The translations under genes were made by a program, and so were the position numbers. This document shows positions 56,195-64,000 of a DNA stretch of 64,000 nucleotides, one piece after another. Position 1 is the first letter of the stretch; each line of letters opens with the position of its first letter. The stretch comes from Schizochytrium sp. TIO01. Its lineage: Eukaryota; Protista; Bigyra: Labyrinthulomycetes. The stretch covers positions 1,545,648-1,609,647 of the forward strand of contig SMSO01000014.1 in NCBI GenBank assembly GCA_004764695.1, in the 5' to 3' direction. Under the pieces are notes generated by a model. The model saw only the letters and a program-made list of their open reading frames with translations. It searched no databases and had not been told where the DNA came from.

Positions 56195-57481
56195 ATGTGC
56201 AAGGTTGAGATCAAGAGCTGCGACATGGCTTCGCCAACCGCGACTTCTACCTTGCAATTGGCTCCTGAAGATGAATGGATTGCAAAGGTAGATCTTAAGG
56301 CTTTTGGTGACGAAATGCGTGAACTTGGAAAAACCTTGCGCGAGGCACAAGGTCCTGCCGATGATGAGCACCTTTACAAACTGATTCGCTGGCAAGCAGG
56401 GCTCACATTGGCCGGGCTACTCACAATGTGGATGACCCCAAACCCTTTCACCGTAATATGCCTCTCTACAGGACTCTTTATGCGCTGGGCAATGCTTGCG
56501 CACCACGTTTGCCATAATGGCTACAAGAACACTGATGCTGGCAAGAAGCATGGCTACAACCAGTTTATCTTCGCCGTTGGTTCTCTTGTTCGGCGTATTG
56601 TGGACTGGGCTGATTGGATTTATCCTGAGGCATGGAACCTCGAGCACGGTCGCTTGCACCACTATAACCTCAATGAGGCCACCGATCCTGATGTTGTAGA
56701 GCTTAACTCTGAGTACCTGCGCGAGTCTGGGTACCCTACTCCTGTAAAGTACATGGTCATTTTCTTCTTTGGTCTGACATGGAAGTGGAGTTACTATGCG
56801 CCAAACACTTACTCTGCGCTCTTGCAAAGCCGTCGTGCACGTGAGCTCGAACTCACTGGCGATGAAAAAGCAAAGGAGGCCTTGGCGAAGGAACGTCTTG
56901 CGATCCGTCACATGACCGTTTTTTCAATGTTTGATGATTCTGCGCCAAGCTGGTGGTCCAACTACAGCTTCCTCACAAACGTGGTGCTTCCCTTTGTCAT
57001 TCTTCGTTTTGTTGTAACTCCCTTGCCCGTGTTTGTGCTGATGGGCGCATCTGCTTACCAAAACGCAATCATCAATCTTCTTTTGGCTGAGCTTTTGACA
57101 AATTTGCACAGTTTCTTGGCAATTGTTCCCAACCACGCTGGTGATGACATGTACTTTTTTGATACACACTGCAAAGCTTTGAGTGACGAGTTCTACTTAC
57201 GCCAAGTGGTTGGTTCCGTGGATTTTCAGGTTGGCAATGACTTTATTGATACTTTTCATGGCTTCCTTTCCTACCAGATCGAGCACCACTTGTGGCCTGA
57301 CTTGTCAATGCTCTCTTATCAAAAGGCACACCCGCTTGTCAAAGATATTTGCCGCAAGCACGGTGTTCCTTTCGTGCAGCACTCAGTTTTTCATCGCCTG
57401 TACAAAACGATCAATATTTTTATGGGATACGAGCAAATGCGCCTTTTCCCTCAGGAGGCGCTTAAAACTACAGAATCATAA
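56195..57481 (+). CDS. Membrane fatty acid desaturase, Delta6-FADS-like / bacterial DesA3-DesB-like family, without a fused cytochrome b5
   Basis: Three His boxes: HHVCH, HGRLHH and QIEHHLWP. Hydrophobic segments present; no N-terminal HPGG cytochrome b5 motif. An alternative ATG lies at 56225. Confidence 0.92.
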   Translation: MCKVEIKSCDMASPTATSTLQLAPEDEWIAKVDLKAFGDEMRELGKTLREAQGPADDEHLYKLIRWQAGLTLAGLLTMWMTPNPFTVICLSTGLFMRWAMLAHHVCHNGYKNTDAGKKHGYNQFIFAVGSLVRRIVDWADWIYPEAWNLEHGRLHHYNLNEATDPDVVELNSEYLRESGYPTPVKYMVIFFFGLTWKWSYYAPNTYSALLQSRRARELELTGDEKAKEALAKERLAIRHMTVFSMFDDSAPSWWSNYSFLTNVVLPFVILRFVVTPLPVFVLMGASAYQNAIINLLLAELLTNLHSFLAIVPNHAGDDMYFFDTHCKALSDEFYLRQVVGSVDFQVGNDFIDTFHGFLSYQIEHHLWPDLSMLSYQKAHPLVKDICRKHGVPFVQHSVFHRLYKTINIFMGYEQMRLFPQEALKTTES

Positions 57482-57919
57482 ACCATTATCGTATCATCTG
57501 GCACTGATCGAAGCTTCCCTTTTAAAATACCAAGCTAAACTCACATCAACAACATCATATGCAATATACGAATGGTAACAAAGTTCAATGTCCGAACAAA
57601 GTATGACAAAGAGAGCAAGATTTGTGTGCAAACATTACGTTTTTCTTTTGCTGTAGTATGATTGTCTTCATTTGAGCTAGACTTATATATTCATTTGTTG
57701 TCGATTTCCTAACAAGTACACGTGCAAAAACAGATATATTCGTTTCGAAAGCTGAAATGAATTGCACAAAGATTTGAGCAAACATCTAAAGCAAAAATAC
57801 TTTTGGTATTAAAAATTAATGATTTTATCTCAGGTTCATTGGTGTGAATTGAAAGCGCAAACTTTCATCTTCTCATGTACGAGTTGCCAGTCGAAAGACG
57901 CCTAATAGGGTTACTCAAC

Positions 57920-59270
57920 TCACACACGGGACATTGCAAAAGCTATAGATCCAATAATGGCGCCAATCTTGGCACCAAGAACAAAGTTTGATGCTCCAGA
58001 AGCCGTCAAGCTTGCTGGGAAACGACCGCGGGCTTCCTTTTTGCAAGTTTCAAAATCTACGACATCGTAAAAAAACTCCTTGATGTCCTTTGCAAGTACA
58101 TCGGGCACTTCCCAAGCAGGAAAATGGCCACCCTTCTCGTGGACCTTCCATTGCTTGAGGTTCCAAGCGAGTGCCACAAGTGGGCGCGGGTGTGCCAGAA
58201 CTTCCTTTGAGAAGGTGCTGCATCCAAGTGGTGTGTCACAGTACTCACCGGGGATTGTAACTTCTTGACGCACGCCAGCAATCATTGGCGTCGTCTCGAA
58301 GTAAAACCGACAGCTGGAACTAATACACTCCGTGAACCAATATACGGAGAGATTGCACAAAATTTGATCTTTACTTAAACCAGAATATACGCCGCGTGCC
58401 AAATCAAAGTCAGTCCATCCATGAATTTTCTCAAGAATCCAGGATGCAAGAGCCACTGGACTGTCTTGAAGTGCAACACCGATCTGCTGCGGCTTGGTGT
58501 TGTGAAGAAGAAAGTATGATAGCCCACTTCCGAGGTACATGCGCTGCCTTCTTACCTTATTCTGGTCAGAGGCATCGAGAACGCTTTGTGGCATGGCACG
58601 CACTATTTTTGTCACTAGTGCGCGTTTGATGCCATGGACAGAGAACATGCTCTTCCAGCAATCAGCACCTACGGTGGGCATGTTCTGGTGCACAGCGACG
58701 CAAGATTCTGGAAAATCCGCAGCGGCCCAGTGCGCCACAACTGCACCCCAATCGCCTCCCTGAGCTACAAACTGGGAATATCCAAGACGAGCCATCAGGT
58801 CCTTAAATAGTTTGGCAGTGCTTCGCGTGCCCCATTTGCCTCCTTGGTCTGCGAGAGATCGGCTCCAGGCAAACCCTGGGAGACTTGGAGCGACAACGTG
58901 GAAGGGCTGAGGACCCTGGGTAAGTTTGGGGATGATATCCATAAATTCGACAATGCTTCCTGGCCATCCCATGCACTAGCAGAAGTGGAATGGCGTTGGG
59001 GTCCTCAGATCTTTGGTGAACAAAGTGAAGATCATCAATCTTAAAGTGCTTGAGACTGTTTAGCTGCCTTTCTTGAGCTCGCCAGTCAAACTCGGTCTCC
59101 CAATATGCCAAGAGCTCCTCCAAGGCAGCAGCGTTGGTACCGTCGCGCCATGCGTCAGGCTCCATGAGCTTTGATGGAGGTCTGCGATGCGAGAGTCTTG
59201 AGCGAAGGTCTGTGAGGGCATCCTCGCTCACCTTGACCTCGAAGGGAACAATGTCACCGTCGAGGAGCAT
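57920..59270 (-). CDS. Epoxide hydrolase (microsomal/EPHX1-type, EHN N-terminal region, alpha/beta hydrolase), interrupted by a +1 frameshift at 58968-58970
   Basis: 5' part: PFEVKVSEDALTDLRSRL…YWETEFDWRAQERQLN…LHFVH…AIPLLLVHG. 3' part: WPGSIVEF, PSLPGF, nucleophile QGGDWG, DSPVALASWILEK, FSKE and GGHFPAWE. The minus strand reads cat-ggg-atgg where HGWPG needs cat-gga-tgg, i.e. one extra G. Confidence 0.92.
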
Positions 59271-59991
59271 CTTGGCAACCACGGTATAAGATTTATCAAC
59301 AAAAAGACTTCTTCACGTCAAGTTCTTTTACGAAGATCTTGAGGTAGCACGACCCGGGCGGAAAGACTTTATCCAAGAGAGTCAGAGCCACCACGTCTTC
59401 TGCTCCTCTGTTCAAAAGAGAATTGGTTTTTCTCATGCCAAGTATGGCAATGAATACATCCCAATTTATATAGATCTACGAGTAGGCTTGTATATACCAA
59501 TTGAGTGTGTTCGTGAACGAGGCGAGCCTACACAGCAGTAGCCTACTGCTACTCTGCTCCATAAACACTTGAAAGCTGCACCATCGCATAGGTACACCTC
59601 CCAAGCTGAAGCTTTTGGGATACCAAACAGGTTTCAATGTGCGGCTCAGTAGTATCGATGTTTTCGCAAACTTGAGGGCCTTGTCGTAGTTTCACAAGAG
59701 TGGTTCAAATGTGCAAACATGGGGATACACGATTTAAAATACTAGTACTAGGATGGAAAAAAGTAAAAAACCAAGCCTAAGATGAACTCAACTAATCTTC
59801 AGAATAGTCGTTCGTTGGCGCTGGCAGACTCTGTAGGGTACATAAAATTCTGCTGTGGAGTAATTTTTGGAAAAGAGGGAAGAGATAGGAAACTAAGTGT
59901 TGATGCGAGGCAAATCTTCTTTGCCTCGTCTGACGAGAAGAGCAATATCATGGTAGGTAGACCTATTTTCTAAGAGGAGAATTGCTATTCT

Positions 59992-62900
59992 TCAGGGAAT
60001 AGGTCTTCGCCTTCGAGCAGACGATGCGTCACCGAGGAGCTGCCCCAAATTCTGCATCGATTTACTTCGTGCAGAGGACGCATCCCCTGGCATAGCCACG
60101 TTAAGAGCCCGTACTGCATTCAAACGGCACTCATCACGACGCTCTCTTTCACTCAGAAGGATATGTTTACTATTTTGCTGATGTTGATGCTGTGAGAAAA
60201 AGGAACCACGGCTGTGCCCATCAACCTGCTTAGGGCCCTGAGCCAAGGTGGCTGGCTGAGAAGACGCTGTAACAGTAGCTCGCCCTCCTCCACCGCGCAG
60301 AATATAGCTAACCTCATGTCTGAAATGCGCAGCTATTGCTGCAACACCAAAGAGGAATGTGAGCAAACCCAAACTTGTAGCAATCCTTTGAGCTAGAGCT
60401 GAAGCCGAATCGACGACTAATGTCTCGATGCGTGAGTGCTCGCTCGCTGCTACGGTTTTTGAAGTGCTCGAAAAACGTTTATGACTACGCAAATCATCAG
60501 AAGGAATGAAGGTCTCACGTGGGACGCGCCGTACGTGAAACGGCTCGCTTGCGAGAGTCATATAGGAAGGTGCAGAGATATCTTGAGGCACAATAAAAAG
60601 TTGAGCTGTACTATCATCCGGTAGATCAGGCGAGATGTGCACAAACGCTTCACCATTATTCGGAACCTCTGAGGCAAGTGTGACATTTTTGCGCCTTATT
60701 TGCAATACAATATTCACTTTTCGCTCCGAGCCCCACACACATGGGTTTATGCCTTCGCTTACGAGCCATGCTATTCGAGCAGGGGAGCCAGGACGCCAAA
60801 TGTCTCTATGTAAAGGGGCTGAAATCCCCGCTTCTGAGCTAATCATTCGAAAACTTCCAATTGGCGCGGTATCAAATTCAGATTTTTCTTTGCCTATATC
60901 CTTGTCGTAAGCCCGGTCTTCAAAAATGTAATATGTTCCATACGATAGCGTGCATGGCGCTTGCCAATGTGTTTGCAGAATTCTGCCTTCAAGCGCGCTG
61001 ATATCCTTGAATATAAAGTTGAAACCTCGAGGACCATGAATTGACAGAGTTGGGACATATTTGGAACCTCCAGCTGTTCCAATGAGAGACTTCTCAGGAG
61101 CATACCAAGTGAAAGGAATCAAATCTCCAGGCCGATGCACCTCTCCGGAATAAGGAGTTAATAGCTGGGCAGAACTTGGGGTCAGCCAAAAAGGTCCAAC
61201 CGCCCCCAACGTACGGTCAGGTCTTCGAGAATCCACTGCTTTTATGAAAACCATGCGATTGCTCATCACATTCATAGGTACTGCGAAACTCTCACCAACA
61301 CCTGCGGTTAGGCTTCTCGTTGACTTAATGATGTGGTCCGTATCAGGAATTACAATTTTAAGCTGCCGTGACGCGCCTCTCGTGCGGGGATTGAGGCGCA
61401 CTGCTCCGGGTACTTTGACAAGGGATCCCTGTATCCATTGCTGGCCAAGCCCATCAGGAGAAAAAATCAGAGCATCATGTTGAAACTCTTCTCCACGTTT
61501 TGATGTTGGTGATGCTGGTGCTGCTGAAGTGCCTAGAACAAATGGCCCTGAGACCGCACGTCCTTCGCTAATCGAACGAGAGACAAGCTTATTTAGCTTC
61601 TGTGACGTTGCAAATGACGAGGAAGAGGATTTGTTTGTTGATTTGAATTCAAAGGCGGTTGACGTACCAGACATATGAGGAAACACATCAAGGCGAACAG
61701 GGACCTCCAGCAGTCCTGTCTGATTAAGTTCATCGAATGGAAATTTCCAGTCTAAAGAAACGTATTGGTGTCTGCGTTTGGCTAAACTAACATCAGTTGC
61801 CACAGTATGAACGACTGCTGGGTTTTGCACTGCTCGTAGGACAATATCCACGGACGAGACAGCTTTTCCTGGATTACGGAAGAACCACCTAATTGGTAGC
61901 ACATCTACATAAGTAGCTAATGCGTCAATAGCCCCAGTGGGTTCCTGAATATCTGCAAGAACTGGAGACAGCAGAAACACTTCGAAATTCGATATATAAA
62001 TCTCACAAGATTCACCGAGCAAAGCATTTTGCTTTCCTGTACGTGCCTGGATACGGTAATAACCACTAGCTAATCCATCGGATCGTCCCGTGGGAAGGTT
62101 AATGACTGCTTTTTCTCGATCTGCATCGACTGACATCAATCGAACATTGCGCGAGCCTCGGCGTGAAAGCTCTAAATTGATGGTGCGATGTACATGTTTC
62201 CCATGAGCTACCCACTCTACTTGCAAAGCATCTCCAACCGCGTGGGGTTTATCAAACAACGAAGGGCTTCTAAATTCTATGCTTTGGCCTACAAGAGTAA
62301 ATAATGGACTTTGAGTGCGGCGACCGTCGCTGGTTTTGAACACTATTCGATATCCCTTACCAGGTAAGACATCTGATGGCAAACTTACTCGCGAGCGTCC
62401 TGTGCAACCTGAGCTTGGAAGAATTTGCAACCTTTGCACACCGGAGTACGGGCTTTGGAGTTCTGCCGTTACACTGCAACCAACATTGTCCGGCTCCGAG
62501 CGCCAAGAAAGCCATATTCGTTGCGAGACTGAGTAGGTTCTTTCAATATTCTCCTCCACCATCCATGGATCTGGCGCTGCAGGTTCTAGAACTAGAAGAA
62601 TTTGGGGACGAATGAGAAACCCAGAACTCGGAACTTGTAAAATCCCCTGTGAAGAGCTGAATCGAAGTTTATATCGCTGTTCAAAAGCTCCTACCGATCC
62701 CATTGGCACCCGAAACCGCATAGACCCTGTAAGAGGCATTTTCTCCGCAATAAGAGACACTACACGAGAGTCAATTTGCGTCGCACGAACTAACTCAATT
62801 TTCCAATCTTGCTGAGCCATTGTCATTCGACCCGTAGTAGCCCATTCAATTAGTCCATGGCGCCCTTCATACCACACTGTCTCCTTCGATGGATGTTTTA

Positions 62901-63054
62901 AACGTAAAAGATCATTCGTTTCAGAACACTGCACACACACACTAAGGCAGCTCAAAAGGAGCAGAGCAAATATAAACAGCTGGCCTGCAGTCCACCGCGT
63001 AACTGCAAAAGGTCGACTTCGCCTAAGCTGTTTTGAAAAATAGAGCTGGCACAT
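59992..63054 (-). CDS. Type I membrane protein with signal peptide and about 7 tandem Kre9/KNH-like (Ser-Thr-rich GPI-anchored family) Ig-like domains
   Basis: Signal-like LFIFALLLLSCLSVCVQC. Repeats start xxPxxxxxWxxG….IxW and end SxxFxI (e.g. HPSKETVWYEGRHGLIEW…SSGFLI; TPYSGEVHRPGDLIPFTW; APLHRDIWRPGSPARIAW…SEPFHV). TM LGLLTFLFGVAAIAAHF, then a ~105-aa cytoplasmic tail. Confidence 0.8.
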   Translation of the reverse strand: MCQLYFSKQLRRSRPFAVTRWTAGQLFIFALLLLSCLSVCVQCSETNDLLRLKHPSKETVWYEGRHGLIEWATTGRMTMAQQDWKIELVRATQIDSRVVSLIAEKMPLTGSMRFRVPMGSVGAFEQRYKLRFSSSQGILQVPSSGFLIRPQILLVLEPAAPDPWMVEENIERTYSVSQRIWLSWRSEPDNVGCSVTAELQSPYSGVQRLQILPSSGCTGRSRVSLPSDVLPGKGYRIVFKTSDGRRTQSPLFTLVGQSIEFRSPSLFDKPHAVGDALQVEWVAHGKHVHRTINLELSRRGSRNVRLMSVDADREKAVINLPTGRSDGLASGYYRIQARTGKQNALLGESCEIYISNFEVFLLSPVLADIQEPTGAIDALATYVDVLPIRWFFRNPGKAVSSVDIVLRAVQNPAVVHTVATDVSLAKRRHQYVSLDWKFPFDELNQTGLLEVPVRLDVFPHMSGTSTAFEFKSTNKSSSSSFATSQKLNKLVSRSISEGRAVSGPFVLGTSAAPASPTSKRGEEFQHDALIFSPDGLGQQWIQGSLVKVPGAVRLNPRTRGASRQLKIVIPDTDHIIKSTRSLTAGVGESFAVPMNVMSNRMVFIKAVDSRRPDRTLGAVGPFWLTPSSAQLLTPYSGEVHRPGDLIPFTWYAPEKSLIGTAGGSKYVPTLSIHGPRGFNFIFKDISALEGRILQTHWQAPCTLSYGTYYIFEDRAYDKDIGKEKSEFDTAPIGSFRMISSEAGISAPLHRDIWRPGSPARIAWLVSEGINPCVWGSERKVNIVLQIRRKNVTLASEVPNNGEAFVHISPDLPDDSTAQLFIVPQDISAPSYMTLASEPFHVRRVPRETFIPSDDLRSHKRFSSTSKTVAASEHSRIETLVVDSASALAQRIATSLGLLTFLFGVAAIAAHFRHEVSYILRGGGGRATVTASSQPATLAQGPKQVDGHSRGSFFSQHQHQQNSKHILLSERERRDECRLNAVRALNVAMPGDASSARSKSMQNLGQLLGDASSARRRRPIP

Positions 63055-64000
63055 ATATTCCGTGGTCCCAACTTGTTTGGATACCTACTATCTTAAGGAT
63101 GACCACATTAAGGGCGGCGATGGCGCAGTTGTACGCTTCCAGTCGCAAGTTTAATGTTGCCCAAACCCCTGTACATGGTCTTTGGCAAGCAAATCCTTGC
63201 TTTAAGTCTTTACAAGTACCCCACCGTTTTGTTTGGTCTAATTCTTTGCAACAGCTTGTTTCAATACCGCACAAGTAAGTCTCACTTTTAGTAGGCATAC
63301 TATTGGCAGGTTGATTTTGCCGTAGCTGACACTTGTTGAAGCGGTCGTGTAGTTTGCTCATCCGCCTTTGAGCAACGTCTCCTATCCTTACTTCATCGTC
63401 GTTATAATTTAACATGCTAAGCACTTTTTCAGAAGGCGAAACCAAGGCTGTTGCTCACCCTTGTATCTAAGATCTTTTCCCCAAGCCGCCCAGCTGCGAC
63501 GTCTCTTCTTCTCAATCGTAGGATACAGTTTCCATAGTTTTTAAGGTTTTGGGCTCCCGGTCAATGACAATTAGTGTACAGATATATAAGTTCCATATGT
63601 TCTATATGTTCCATATAGTGCTCATGTTCCACATATCCGTGGGTCTAGATAGCTAATACTTAGTAATCTGTTGTGAAAGGTGTGCGCTTTGGAATGACAA
63701 CGGAAACTTGCATGCGTTACGGTGAGGAAATTCTTAGAAAGTAGGGATCAAATAGAACGATTTTGTAGAACCTTGAGACTGAGAAAGTTTTGTCGACTGA
63801 GAGTTGGAGGTTTTCTTGTATGAGTGAACAGAAATTCTGTTAGGGTTTCACTTTTGACAATATCTGGTTCCAAAAGTAAATGTCCTGCTGCAGGCACCAC
63901 GCCTGCGCTTGCTTTGCAAAGAGTGTAAGGCAGTAAGCACCTGATAATTAGTGCACGATATAGGAGAATAGCAACGCTTGTACTAGCTTTTAACAACTCT

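Noticed and set aside
63023-63445. 140-aa minus-strand ORF overlapping the start of the Ig-repeat gene, which lies in its +1 frame (a possible fourth frameshift)
   Set aside because: No recognisable motifs, and the downstream gene has its own ATG and signal-like peptide.

Overview
Eukaryotic, intron-poor DNA. Gene content (eukaryotic single-chain FGAM synthase, TAZ, WW, PH and HAT proteins), microsatellite-rich intergenic DNA and long uninterrupted ORFs suggest a stramenopile, probably a thraustochytrid or other labyrinthulomycete; that taxonomy is inference. About 14 protein-coding genes are supported: a PAM2 + low-complexity + HAT/TPR protein, FGAM synthase (PurL/PFAS), a 2902-aa multipass surface protein (tandem tetraspanin-like units plus a giant Cys-rich ectodomain), an IQ+PH protein, a CEP164-type WW/coiled-coil protein with SESG repeats, a double TAZ-finger protein, a possible CFAP97-like protein, a 3xWW+PH protein, a polyQ protein with a P-element-transposase-like N-terminal module, two hypothetical proteins, a cytochrome-b5-less His-box fatty acid desaturase, an epoxide hydrolase, and a type I membrane protein with about 7 Kre9/KNH-like Ig repeats. 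Three genes are each split by a +1 frameshift. No rRNA, tRNA, CRISPR array or intact mobile element was recognised. All domain calls are motif recognition by eye; no searches were run.
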